Part shown: positions 7,058-17,910 of the stretch, one piece after another
Position numbering within the stretch: position 1 is the first letter of the stretch
Layout: every line of letters starts with the position of its first letter
Origin: Caldilineaceae bacterium
GTDB taxonomy: Bacteria; Chloroflexota; Anaerolineae; Caldilineales; Caldilineaceae
Assembly: GCA_965218625.1 (NCBI GenBank)
Contig: CBDCLG010000014.1
Span: forward strand, 30,188 to 94,187
DNA length: 64,000 nt
Reading direction: 5' to 3'
Program-made: the position numbers and the translations under genes
The notes under the pieces: model-generated
What the model was told of the DNA's origin: nothing
Seen by the model: the letters and a program-made list of their open reading frames with translations, nothing else
The model's database searches: none

Positions 7058-10000
7058 GGGCTATCCCCGCGTGTGCGGGGGTACCTGTATGCAGGGGTAG
7101 CGCAGCCCCGCGAGTGAGGGTCTATCCCCGCGTGTGCGGGGGAACCGATGGCGGTCATCGGGCGAAGATCTCCGCGTCGGGTCTATCCCCGCGTGTGCGG
7201 GGGAACCATTCCAACTGGCTATGACCCTGAACAGGAGGACGGTCTATCCCCGCGTGTGCGGGGGAACCCGCGCATCGGCCAATCGCAGCCGCACCAGCGA
7301 AGGTCTATCCCCGCGTGTGCGGGGGAACCTCTTAGAGGTGGCGCACTCGTTGGCATGGCGGGGGTCTATCCCCGCGTGTGCGGGGGAACCTTCAACCGCC
7401 GTCTTACATTCAGCACCGAACCCGGTCTATCCCCGCGTGTGCGGGGGAACCGACGTGGCGGGCAAGGCGAACTGGCACCTTTTCGGTCTATCCCCGCGTG
7501 TGCGGGGGAACCAACGAGAACTGACCAGGTGGCTGACAAAACCGCGGTCTATCCCCGCGTGTGCGGGGGAACCCTCGGAGAGTCGAACGAAACCACCAAG
7601 TATACCGGTCTATCCCCGCGTGTGCGGGGGAACCCGAGACTTCCGGGAAGGCAAGATAGATACGCTGGGTCTATCCCCGCGTGTGCGGGGAACCAGCTCG
7701 GGATGCAAGCGGGAAACGGACGGAGAAGGTCTATCCCCGCGTGTGCGGGGGAACCCGAGACTTCCGGGAAGGCAAGATAGATACGCTGGGTCTATCCCCG
7801 CGTGTGCGGGGGAACCAGCTCGGGATGCAAGCGGGAAACGGACGGAGAAGGTCTATCCCCGCGTGTGCGGGGGAACCTATAGGTATAATACGTATTATAC
7901 CTACTAACGAGGTCTATCCCCGCGTGTGCGGGGGAACCAAGTCGAGCTCGGGCGGTTCGTACCAGGATAGGGGTCTATCCCCGCGTGTGCGGGGGAACCT
8001 TACCGATCGCTCGCAGGATGCTCTCGCCAATCGGTCTATCCCCGCGTGTGCGGGGGAACCTCCTGCAGGAACACATACTCCATCGCCGGCCGGGGTCTAT
8101 CCCCGCGTGTGCGGGGGAACCAGCTCGCTCGCGTCGATGCCCCAGGCCGACATGGGTCTATCCCCGCGTGTGCGGGGGAACCCGACGGTGACGCTTGAGA
8201 ACGGCGGGAACCAGGGGTCTATCCCCGCGTGTGCGGGGGAACCGCCAGCAGGTCGCGCAGAATGTCGGTGGCCTCGGGTCTATCCCCGCGTGTGCGGGGG
8301 AACCTTAGCCGACCCAGGTTCGCATCCAGGAGGAAGAGGTCTATCCCCGCGTGTGCGGGGGAACCCTGTCAACTGGCAACCCATATCATATCTATACGAG
8401 GTCTATCCCCGCGTGTGCGGGGGAACCGATCACTTTCACCAGGAGGAGATCATAATGAAAGGTCTATCCCCGCGTGTGCGGGGGAACCAATTGCGGAGGA
8501 TCTCCCGGATGCCCAGTCCGCGGTCTATCCCCGCGTGTGCGGGGGAACCAATTGCGGAGGATCTCCCGGATGCCCAGTCCGCGGTCTATCCCCGCGTGTG
8601 CGGGGGAACCTCGCCGCGCTCAATTGACTTCGCCAAGCCGCGGGGTCTATCCCCGCGTGTGCGGGGGAACCAACGAGCACCCTGCAATGGCAATGCCCGC
8701 CAATGGTCTATCCCCGCGTGTGCGGGGGAACCGTCATCGCGGCGGCTGGGACGCTGGGGGACGAGGGTCTATCCCCGCGTGTGCGGGGGAACCCCGAACG
8801 CGCCGCTCGTGCTCCGGGACGGAGAGGGTCTATCCCCGCGTGTGCGGGGGAACCGCCGACAAGACCCGCCCCGGGCCGATCAAAATGGGTCTATCCCCGC
8901 GTGTGCGGGGGAACCAGCGCAACCGCATTCCCGGCCTCGAACGCAGCCGGTCTATCCCCGCGTGTGCGGGGAACCTCGGAGGCATGAACTCGGCGATGAC
9001 GGCGGATGGGTCTATCCCCGCGTGTGCGGGGGAACCTACGTATCAATGGCGCATCTCTGAGCTTGATGAGGTCTATCCCCGCGTGTGCGGGGGAACCAGA
9101 AAATGGCTAGATTACGGAGTAGAGAAGCGGGTCTATCCCCGCGTGTGCGGGGGAACCGGCGTGATACGAGACGCGCCCGCGCCGTGACGCGGTCTATCCC
9201 CGCGTGTGCGGGGGAACCGGCGGGGGTGGGGACTCAATCCTACGGTTTAACGGTCTATCCCCGCGTGTGCGGGGGAACCACAAAATTGAGCCGCGGCCCC
9301 AAGGCGGGACAGGGTCTATCCCCGCGTGTGCGGGGGAACCTCGCGCGTCTTGCGTAGCCTAGTACGGAGAAAGGGTCTATCCCCGCGTGTGCGGGGGAAC
9401 CACAAAATTGAGCCGCGGCCCCAAGGCGGGACAGGGTCTATCCCCGCGTGTGCGGGGAACCTCGCGCGTCTTGCGTAGCCTAGTACGGAGAAAGGGTCTA
9501 TCCCCGCGTGTGCGGGGGAACCGATTATGAAACATCTCAGCCTGCACGACGACAAGGTCTATCCCCGCGTGTGCGGGGGAACCAGTGGGCAGAAGACAAC
9601 GATTCTGCCATCCTCGGGTCTATCCCCGCGTGTGCGGGGGAACCCAAACCGGGACGCCAGGCGGCTTGTGACGGTGCGGTCTATCCCCGCGTGTGCGGGG
9701 GAACCGCACAGGGCCTGCAGCGGATGGCCGATGGCCGCGGTCTATCCCCGCGTGTGCGGGGGAACCGAGGGGCGGCGGGTGCTGCACTTGTACTGGTGAG
9801 GTCTATCCCCGCGTGTGCGGGGGAACCGCTCATCGGCCGTGTGCCAGGCACCCTCCACTGGGTCTATCCCCGCGTGTGCGGGGGAACCCTTGTGCTCGGC
9901 GCGCCGACGCGGGTGAGCTCAGGTCTATCCCCGCGTGTGCGGGGGAACCAACTGCGCGCGCTTTCTCCTGTTTTTGTTTGGAGGTCTATCCCCGCGTGTG

Positions 10001-13000
10001 CGGGGGAACCTACTGCGCCACCGTGTAGCCCGCTTGGGCAACAGGTCTATCCCCGCGTGTGCGGGGGAACCCCCGTTAAGACGGAGTGCAAACACCAGTA
10101 CATCGGTCTATCCCCGCGTGTGCGGGGGAACCGGTTGGCGTCCTCCTGCGTGGCCAGCCGCTAAGGGTCTATCCCCGCGTGTGCGGGGGAACCCCAGACA
10201 GTGCCTGCGCGCGCTCTGGTACTCGGGGTCTATCCCCGCGTGTGCGGGGGAACCCTAGACGATGTAAAACTCGCCTATGGGCCTGAAGGTCTATCCCCGC
10301 GTGTGCGGGGGAACCGAAAGCCTGCCAGGATCAGGGCAAACCCGCGGAGGTCTATCCCCGCGTGTGCGGGGGAACCAATACCCCAACGAAAACCCAGCCC
10401 CCCTGTCAGGGTCTATCCCCGCGTGTGCGGGGGAACCTACACGCTGGCGGGGCGCGAATCGTGGATGGACGGTCTATCCCCGCGTGTGCGGGGGAACCAT
10501 TGCCAGCCCGCGCAGCTGGCGGTAACGAACGGGTCTATCCCCGCGTGTGCGGGGGAACCGCAGGCATGATGGTCTCCTCGGAGTACGAACCCGGTCTATC
10601 CCCGCGTGTGCGGGGGAACCTCGACGCTGACGACGCAGTGGCTGGGGAGGACGGGTCTATCCCCGCGTGTGCGGGGGAACCGTGACCGGGTCGTTATATC
10701 CGCTTGGCTTGTCGGGTCTATCCCCGCGTGTGCGGGGGAACCCACGCCGCCGCGCCGTGGTACTCGGCGCCGACGGGTCTATCCCCGCGTGTGCGGGGGA
10801 ACCATCATCTCGGCGTAGTCCTCCGGCTCCTCGGTCGGTCTATCCCCGCGTGTGCGGGGGAACCGGCTCGGGCGTGCAGATGCGGCATTCGGCGACGGGT
10901 CTATCCCCGCGTGTGCGGGGGAACCCATCGCTGCCGGTTTTGACTGGCCGGATGAGCGGGTCTATCCCCGCGTGTGCGGGGGAACCTAGCCCGGATTATT
11001 GACTGGTGCATACCGAAAAGGTCTATCCCCGCGTGTGCGGGGGAACCTAGCCCGGATTATTGACTGGTGCATACCGAAAAGGTCTATCCCCGCGTGTGCG
11101 GGGGAACCTGCGCCTGGCCCGCATCCCGCCCCGCCGCCAAAGGTCTATCCCCGCGTGTGCGGGGGAACCTGCGCCTGGCCCGCATCCCGCCCCGCCGCCA
11201 AAGGTCTATCCCCGCGTGTGCGGGGGAACCGGTACCACATCGCGGACGCGTACAACATGACGAGGTCTATCCCCGCGTGTGCGGGGGAACCTGATCAAGC
11301 GACGCATATTGGTCACTGACCAAGGGTCTATCCCCGCGTGTGCGGGGGAACCCGCGGCGCAGTCGCTTGACAAGTGAGGTGAAAAGGTCTATCCCCGCGT
11401 GTGCGGGGGAACCGGAAAAGGAGTCTGTCGAAAATAATGCGGAAAAGGTCTATCCCCGCGTGTGCGGGGGAACCTCCGCCACAGCTTCGCCTCCCGCTCG
11501 TTCCCCGGGTCTATCCCCGCGTGTGCGGGGGAACCTCCGCCACAGCTTCGCCTCCCGCTCGTTCCCCGGGTCTATCCCCGCGTGTGCGGGGGAACCGGCC
11601 TTCACTGGCGCAGGTGATGGCTAGCCATGGGTCTATCCCCGCGTGTGCGGGGGAACCGACCGGCAGATCATCGGGGCGCTGACGGCGATGGGTCTATCCC
11701 CGCGTGTGCGGGGGAACCTGTCGGCATTGCTGGTCAGGGCTCGCTCGATAAGGTCTATCCCCGCGTGTGCGGGGGAACCAGGGCTGTCCATCCGTTCCTG
11801 TCGAAATTAGACGGTCTATCCCCGCGTGTGCGGGGGAACCCATACGATGGCGGTACGGGTGGCCGGAAGGCTGGGTCTATCCCCGCGTGTGCGGGGGAAC
11901 CCCGCTGAAAGCGATGTAGGGGCGGGCACATTGAGGTCTATCCCCGCGTGTGCGGGGGAACCTCCTCGCCCAAGACGAGCTTACCCTCGAATCCCGGTCT
12001 ATCCCCGCGTGTGCGGGGGAACCACATTCCCGGCCGGGTCCTGCGTCACAATCGCGGGTCTATCCCCGCGTGTGCGGGGGAACCATCGACAGCGCCACAA
12101 TGTGATCGCACTCCAGGGGTCTATCCCCGCGTGTGCGGGGGAACCGCCGCCCGGGGGGAAAGGAAAAATGCAGACACTGGTCTATCCCCGCGTGTGCGGG
12201 GGAACCGCTCATCGGAACTTCGACCGCCGCGCTCTCCTCGGTCTATCCCCGCGTGTGCGGGGGAACCAGGGTGGAATTTGGCGAGGATGCGCCGCCGGTG
12301 GGTCTATCCCCGCGTGTGCGGGGGAACCGGCGGCCCTGCGGGTGGAGACGATGCGCGACAGGGTCTATCCCCGCGTGTGCGGGGGAACCCCGCGGACGGG
12401 GGAGAGGGTGAGTATCGTGTACGGTCTATCCCCGCGTGTGCGGGGGAACCGAAGGAAAGAGCAACTGCCTAATGGGCACATCCGGTCTATCCCCGCGTGT
12501 GCGGGGGAACCTACCTGGCGGCGTGATGCTGGACGGGGACCAAAGGTCTATCCCCGCGTGTGCGGGGGAACCCCCGACGGGCAGCGGGTCGGGCTGGTGG
12601 CTCCACGGTCTATCCCCGCGTGTGCGGGGGAACCCTTGACGTGATGCCGCCCGTCATTCCTGGGGAAGGTCTATCCCCGCGTGTGCGGGGGAACCGTGGA
12701 CGTAAAGCGTGGTCAATTTCGATTGCGGGGTCTATCCCCGCGTGTGCGGGGGAACCAAGACTGTGACTACTGATATATGATTGTTAATGGGTCTATCCCC
12801 GCGTGTGCGGGGGAACCCCGATCTTCCCGGCTGTATATGTCCAGACTACAGGTCTATCCCCGCGTGTGCGGGGGAACCGGGCCCTGCGGTCGCAGTCGGT
12901 GTTGCGGTAGCGGTCTATCCCCGCGTGTGCGGGGGAACCGCCATCGCCGCCTCGACCTCGGCCTCCACGTCCGGTCTATCCCCGCGTGTGCGGGGGAACC

Positions 13001-13793
13001 ATCTGCAGGCCCTTCGGGAACAACCCCTCGGCGGGTCTATCCCCGCGTGTGCGGGGGAACCGGCGGCAGAGCAGATCGAGGACCTGAAGGACGCGGTCTA
13101 TCCCCGCGTGTGCGGGGGAACCGTTGGCATTGCCGACACCGACGAGGCGGTCAAGGGTCTATCCCCGCGTGTGCGGGGGAACCTCGCATTTTCGTTTCCT
13201 TTGGTGAAAATCGGTAGGTCTATCCCCGCGTGTGCGGGGGAACCGTGTGGTTAAAAACAAAGGCAGCAACGGACATAGGTCTATCCCCGCGTGTGCGGGG
13301 GAACCTGAACTGCATAAAGCGTGGAATTGGGGATACCGGGTCTATCCCCGCGTGTGCGGGGGAACCCGGGCGCAAGTGGCCGACTGTATCCCTGTCCTGG
13401 GTCTATCCCCGCGTGTGCGGGGGAACCACCTCGGCGGTCAGCGGATCCCACGACAGCCCCGGTCTATCCCCGCGTGTGCGGGGGAACCCATCACTGGAGG
13501 GAACACAATGAGCGACCGACAGGTCTATCCCCGCGTGTGCGGGGGAACCTGGGAGATGCCGGTTGAGGATGCGCACGCGATGGGTCTATCCCCGCGTGTG
13601 CGGGGGAACCAAGCTCAGAGCCAGAGACGCCGAACAAGACGGCGGTCTATCCCCGCGTGTGCGGGGGAACCGCGATAGTCGTGTGCGTTGCGTTGTCGAG
13701 AATCGGTCTATCCCCGCGTGTGCGGGGGAACCCCTGTGTCCGGCATCTCGCTCAAGTACCAGTACGGTCTATCCCCGCGTGTGCGGGGGAACC
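7058..13793 (-). CRISPR. Type I-E CRISPR array: 111 repeats (110 canonical/near-canonical plus 1 degenerate terminal) and 110 spacers
   Basis: 28-bp repeat GGTCTATCCCCGCGTGTGCGGGGGAACC on the + strand. The reverse complement, GGTTCCCCCGCACACGCGGGGATAGACC, has the E. coli I-E form (stem-loop plus ATAxACC handle), so the crRNA sense is the minus strand. I located every repeat start by hand: 61-bp period, spacers mostly 33 nt, a few 32 or 34. The degenerate repeat at 7058-7085 (2 mismatches) marks the leader-distal end. Three repeats lack one G (7668-7694, 8949-8975, 9435-9461). Confidence 0.98.
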
Positions 13794-13839
13794 CCTAAGC
13801 GCCTTTTAGTGGTTTCCTCCCTTTCTTGGACGTTAGGGC
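13794..13839 (-). promoter_or_regulatory. CRISPR leader remnant (only 46 bp between the cas2 stop and the first repeat)
   Basis: Position between the cas2 stop (13840-13842) and the leader-proximal repeat (13766-13793). Minus-strand sequence: GCCCTAACGTCCAAGAAAGGGAGGAAACCACTAAAAGGCGCTTAGG. No promoter hexamers recognised. Confidence 0.4.
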
Positions 13840-14127
13840 CTATCTATACTTTACCAAATAGGTCCCGTCGGCGTCGACTATCTCCTTCGGCGCCTCTCCC
13901 AAGACCCGGATCCGCTGGCCTCCCACGGCTGACGGCTCGCGCCAAGTCATAACTATTGATCCTTGCCGCATCTCGTCATACCACTTTGTAAGGACTTTCC
14001 AAACCCTTTCCCTTATGCCGCTCGTCATGTTTGGTGACGTATATACGCCCGGCGCGATCTCCAGCATAGCCGAAGCAAGAAATCCTCGATAACGGGCCGC
14101 TACATTGGTCGTGACGACAACTGTCAT
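13840..14127 (-). CDS. cas2: CRISPR-associated endoribonuclease Cas2 (I-E)
   Basis: MTVVVTTNVAARYRGFLASAMLEIAPGVYTS... parallels E. coli Cas2 (MSMLVVVTENVPPRLRGRL..LLEVRAGVYVG). ATG at 14127 is preceded by AAGGAG. The track ORF start at 14175 would overlap cas1. Confidence 0.9.
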   Translation of the reverse strand: MTVVVTTNVAARYRGFLASAMLEIAPGVYTSPNMTSGIRERVWKVLTKWYDEMRQGSIVMTWREPSAVGGQRIRVLGEAPKEIVDADGTYLVKYR

Positions 14128-14155
14128 CCCTGACTCCTTTCTTTCCGTTCCACCG

Positions 14156-15058
14156 TCATGTCGATGTTCCCTCAATGGGCTGAATATTCTCGAACAGCGT
14201 CTTTATGCAGTCGATCATTTTGGGGATGCTCCTTTGCGTTCGAAGCATTTCCCCCGTGGCCTTGCGCGTCTGCCTCTCAATGTCCAGGTGGGGCTCTGCC
14301 ATCACAGCCTTGGCAGATTTGAACGCGGCAGGAAGCAGAATGGTGTCGCGAAAGAGATCTGCAATGTCCAGAGCGAAGGCGTCGCCGCTGTGCTCGTGAA
14401 TGAATCCCAACTGAGGAATTGCGCCCACAGCCATGACCGCAATGACTGCTGCAGAGGTTACTGCGACCGAAGCGTGGTTGATGGCCTGATTCGGAATGTC
14501 CGCCGCCAATGGGTTCTTGCGGTCGTAGCGGCGCCCCCGCCACGGGATATCGTATTGTTGGGCAAGATTCTTGTAGGTCTGCCTCATGCGCGCGCCCTCA
14601 ATCCCCCGCAGTACGTCAATATCCGTATGCGGCACAATTTCGCCCAAACGCAGTGCGTACATCTTGCGCGCAACGGCAATGCGGCTACCGCCGGCGTCAC
14701 CCCAGGCGCGCATCTGCCTGCGGGCGATCTCGGACGTGTCCGGCATCAGCGGCGGCGCGGTGTAACAGCGGACCCCATCCTCGCCAACCGCTACAAGGGC
14801 CGTCCCGTGCCGCGCCATCAGCCGCAAGGCGTCATGGCTTACTGTGGAGCCCGGCCCAAGAAGAATCATCGAAAGGGTCTGAAACGGAATTCCATATTCG
14901 CCGCGCTCCAGCGGACTCTTCGAATCTGGCGAAGCATCGCGTTGGAATCGAAGGGTGCCATCATGTACCGTGAGGGCCCCCCGCGACAGCCACAGCAGGC
15001 CATGACGGTCAGCATGCGGTATCCGTGCGGTCTCAAGTCCCAGTCTTCCTCGTAGCAT
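14156..15058 (-). CDS. cas1: CRISPR-associated endonuclease Cas1 (I-E)
   Basis: From MLRGRLGLETARIPHADRHGLLWL..., collinear with E. coli Cas1 (GTRVSHAAVRL / LRGIEG.R.R..Y / NHA.. motifs). ATG at 15058 is preceded by GGGGGAGG. The longer track ORF (to 15601) overlaps cas6e and is rejected. Confidence 0.9.
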   Translation of the reverse strand: MLRGRLGLETARIPHADRHGLLWLSRGALTVHDGTLRFQRDASPDSKSPLERGEYGIPFQTLSMILLGPGSTVSHDALRLMARHGTALVAVGEDGVRCYTAPPLMPDTSEIARRQMRAWGDAGGSRIAVARKMYALRLGEIVPHTDIDVLRGIEGARMRQTYKNLAQQYDIPWRGRRYDRKNPLAADIPNQAINHASVAVTSAAVIAVMAVGAIPQLGFIHEHSGDAFALDIADLFRDTILLPAAFKSAKAVMAEPHLDIERQTRKATGEMLRTQRSIPKMIDCIKTLFENIQPIEGTST

Positions 15059-15129
15059 GTTCCTCCCCCTGAGATGCAACGACGATTCAGTTGTTAAGGT
15101 ACACTTTTCAAAAGGGCCACTCACTTGTG

Positions 15130-15939
15130 TCAGAGCGATTTTCCGAGCGGCCGCAACAGTAGCATGCCGTACCCGTAGGCTCGATGCCGTCCTACGCCCC
15201 GCGCCAGAAGCTCGGTGAAGGCTTCCGCGTCGGTGATAGTCAGAGCGCCTGTCATGACAGCGTCCGGGCCTTCGATGGGCGGGGCGCCGCGTCTGCGGAT
15301 CACGCGGGTTCTCCGAAAGGACTTGAGGCTTGCCTCTTCCAGTTGCGCTCCACCCCGCCGCTGGAGCTGTTGCCGCAGCCAGTCGGTATAGACTTCCTCT
15401 CGACTGCGGGCCATTTCTCCTTGTGGGTGCTGGATCGCTTCCCAAAGGAAAGCGTCCCACTCCGTACCCGGATGGCTTGCAGCCCGCTTGGAGCGGCGAA
15501 TGGTGGGTCGGACCAACAGTTCGAAGCCAAGCCGCTGTCCCGGTTTCCACGCGACAGGCATAGGCTTGCCTTTCAACCCGTCCACCTGCAGCACAGCGCA
15601 TTGCAGCGGGTCGGCGTATAGCGCGGATGCATCCCGCAGGGCGCCGGCGCCGGCAGAGCCGTAGCCGTAGAGGACGCCGCGCAATCGCCGTGAACCGGAT
15701 GGTCCACGTTTCCGGCCGCGCGGCGCGATCATGCGAAAAGGCCTAGGCGCCAGTTCTCCAAAGCTCTCGGTCAGGAGGCAGTGCATGGCGTAGCCTTCAT
15801 CAAAAGCGCTGCGGCTCATCATCCGCCTGGACCCGGCCCAACGGTGGAAGGAACGCATGTCTATGTCCGCGCGTATCATCTGCAAGGGCTGTGTGGCCAC
15901 GGTTTCCGTATCGACCGGTCTGTTTTCCTGTGTAGTCAT
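15130..15939 (-). CDS. cas6e: Cas6e (CasE/Cse3) crRNA endoribonuclease
   Basis: The C-terminus GVGRHRAYGYGMLLLRP matches the E. coli CasE tail GIGPAKSMGCGLLSLAP, and the operon position fits. The start at 15939 overlaps the cas5 stop (ATGA). An alternative start at 15879 (MIRADIDM...) is possible. Confidence 0.85.
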   Translation of the reverse strand: MTTQENRPVDTETVATQPLQMIRADIDMRSFHRWAGSRRMMSRSAFDEGYAMHCLLTESFGELAPRPFRMIAPRGRKRGPSGSRRLRGVLYGYGSAGAGALRDASALYADPLQCAVLQVDGLKGKPMPVAWKPGQRLGFELLVRPTIRRSKRAASHPGTEWDAFLWEAIQHPQGEMARSREEVYTDWLRQQLQRRGGAQLEEASLKSFRRTRVIRRRGAPPIEGPDAVMTGALTITDAEAFTELLARGVGRHRAYGYGMLLLRPLGKSL

Positions 15940-16700
15940 ATGGGTTGTTTCTCCTCCGGTTGCGGGTCTTCACTGTCGAACGCGGGGAAACGGTGGCGGG
16001 GAACGGCGGACTCGCAGACTCTGCGGCCGCCGCCGTGAAGGCCGGATATCCAGTTTCGCTGGTCAGTCAACATGTACGTCCGGTTGGGATGAATTTCTTC
16101 GGCGCCTTCACCTTCGGGCCAAAGTACGTGGATCGCTGTCGACCGATCGTCCGTTGTGGTGAAGGGCGCTGCCAGCAGCGCGGCCAGGGCCGTATCTCCG
16201 TCGCGAAAGCCCTGAAACAGCGGTGCAGAAGGCAGGCAGGGCTTACGCCCGATGAACAGAGGACGGAAAGGTTGCTCTAATGCCTCTGCCAGCCGCTCTG
16301 TTGTCGGTGGGAGTTCGGGGGGCTGAAGGCGCAGCGCCACCGTAACCCGCATGTCGGTCAGGTAGTCCCGGTAGCGCAGCCAGTTTGTGTAGGAGCCGCC
16401 CTCGCGTCCTTCCGGTGCGCCGCGCGTCGTCCATCCACTATCTCCTTTGGATATTGCGGCCGTCTGAAAGTCGGTCAGCCGCCCTCCGGCCGCTTCCCGG
16501 TCTATGCGGGCGGCGAAGATCAACCGGTCCTGCAAACGTTGATGTTTTTCAGTTTCTGTTCGACGCCATCCCAGGGCGTTGGCCAGCAGGCCGGTGATCA
16601 TCGAGGAGGACGGAAACCAGCGGACGACACCGTAGTTGTCGACCGTTTCCCCTCCGAAGGCCATCAGCGGCGCTTCGAGGGCCAGTATCAGGTGGTTCAT
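15936..16700 (-). CDS. cas5: Cas5e (CasD)
   Basis: MNHLILALEAPLMAFGG... parallels E. coli Cas5e (YLILRLAGPMQAWGQ). Operon position fits. Confidence 0.85.
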   Translation of the reverse strand: MNHLILALEAPLMAFGGETVDNYGVVRWFPSSSMITGLLANALGWRRTETEKHQRLQDRLIFAARIDREAAGGRLTDFQTAAISKGDSGWTTRGAPEGREGGSYTNWLRYRDYLTDMRVTVALRLQPPELPPTTERLAEALEQPFRPLFIGRKPCLPSAPLFQGFRDGDTALAALLAAPFTTTDDRSTAIHVLWPEGEGAEEIHPNRTYMLTDQRNWISGLHGGGRRVCESAVPRHRFPAFDSEDPQPEEKQPI

Positions 16701-16701
16701 G

Positions 16702-17877
16702 CTAGACCGCCTTTCCGGATTCGACAGCCCCTGCGGCCCAGGAGGCCAGGTCGTCCAGGCAAAGGCGGGGGGTGTTGGCGATGTCGCAGTCGGCGATGGA
16801 CATCAGCCGGCGAGCCTCACGCGTGCCATAGGCGTCATCGAGTTTGGTCAGGTACGAAGCCGTCGCCGCGACAGCCGCGGCCGTCTGGGCGTCGACAGGC
16901 TCGCGGAAGGAGTTGGCCAGGCTGCGCGGCTGTCGTGACCCGATCTCGACCAGCATCAGGTCGGCATAGGCGTAAGGAGCGGTTGACCCCAGCTTGGCGC
17001 CGGGAGAAACAGTGGCGATAAGGTGAATAAGGTGTTCGACGACCTTTGCGCCCAATGTTCTGTCTGTGTTGCCCCAAACCTCCGGGGCACATCCCTCCAG
17101 GTTCGAGACCAGGCCGGGCACGTCCACCACGACATAGCCGTAGAAGAGACCTGCTGTCAGCTCGGTATCGCCGATATGGGCTGCCCCGGCATCCTCTTCG
17201 TCGTGTTGCAGGTCGTCGACGACGGAGAAGTAGTCGCTCTCGCTTTCCTCGGCATGGACGGTGAAGGCGTGTGCCACATGGACGGCTGCGTCGATGTTGG
17301 CGGCAGGATCTGAAGTGACCATGCGACCAAAAAGCGCGCTTTCCAGTCCACCCGGTAGGGCGGCCTCCTGCCGGAAGGCTTTGAAATTACCGCGTTCCGC
17401 TTTGCCGAAGAGATCCTTCGCGCTCTGTCCAGCGGCCTTGGCGTCGCGCGCGTTAGCGCGCCCGATGGCGGCGGCCCTTGCCCGCAGGTATTCCACTTCG
17501 GGCAGGCCGAGCAGAAGGGGCTGACGACCGCTCTCGCTGGTGCCGCTGCTGCCGTATACGCCTACGTTGAACTCATTCTCGATCGCGTCCAAAACGGCTT
17601 CGTCGAACTCGCCGTCCTCCCGCAGCGGCTGAATCACAGAGCGGTCAACGACATTGCGGGAACGGATTGCCTTGGCCCCGTCGGCGATGTTGTGGATGGC
17701 AAATTCATCGTCAGCCACGCGCCAGTGCCGCTTGAGGCACTGGGAGGATATGCGGGTGCGGACCGCGCCACCGAAGGGCATACGCTTTGCCAGACCGCTG
17801 TCGTCGCGATTGAGCAGGGCGGCCGGATAGGAGTGAAGGGTGTGAATCTGTACGAAACGTGAAACGGACATGTTCAT
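16702..17877 (-). CDS. cas7: Cas7e (CasC/Cse4)
   Basis: ...IHTLHSYPAALLNRDDSGLAKRMPFGGAVRTRISSQCLKRHWR parallels E. coli CasC (INIHVL...CLNRDD...FGG.RR.RISSQSLKR). Confidence 0.9.
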   Translation of the reverse strand: MNMSVSRFVQIHTLHSYPAALLNRDDSGLAKRMPFGGAVRTRISSQCLKRHWRVADDEFAIHNIADGAKAIRSRNVVDRSVIQPLREDGEFDEAVLDAIENEFNVGVYGSSGTSESGRQPLLLGLPEVEYLRARAAAIGRANARDAKAAGQSAKDLFGKAERGNFKAFRQEAALPGGLESALFGRMVTSDPAANIDAAVHVAHAFTVHAEESESDYFSVVDDLQHDEEDAGAAHIGDTELTAGLFYGYVVVDVPGLVSNLEGCAPEVWGNTDRTLGAKVVEHLIHLIATVSPGAKLGSTAPYAYADLMLVEIGSRQPRSLANSFREPVDAQTAAAVAATASYLTKLDDAYGTREARRLMSIADCDIANTPRLCLDDLASWAAGAVESGKAV

Positions 17878-17910
17878 AGTTCCTTTCGCAGTTAAGCGGT
17901 CAAAAGAGGT

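Noticed and set aside
7042-13952. Dozens of + strand track ORFs with recurring VYPRVCGGT / LSPRVRGN / SIPACAGEP peptides
   Set aside because: They are translations of the CRISPR repeat in three frames, joined through spacers. They are not genes.
14156-15601. 481-aa version of cas1 and the 111-aa version of cas2 (start 14175)
   Set aside because: The N-terminal extensions are Arg/Pro-rich non-homologous sequence overlapping cas6e and cas1 respectively. Internal ATGs with good SDs give proteins collinear with E. coli Cas1 and Cas2.
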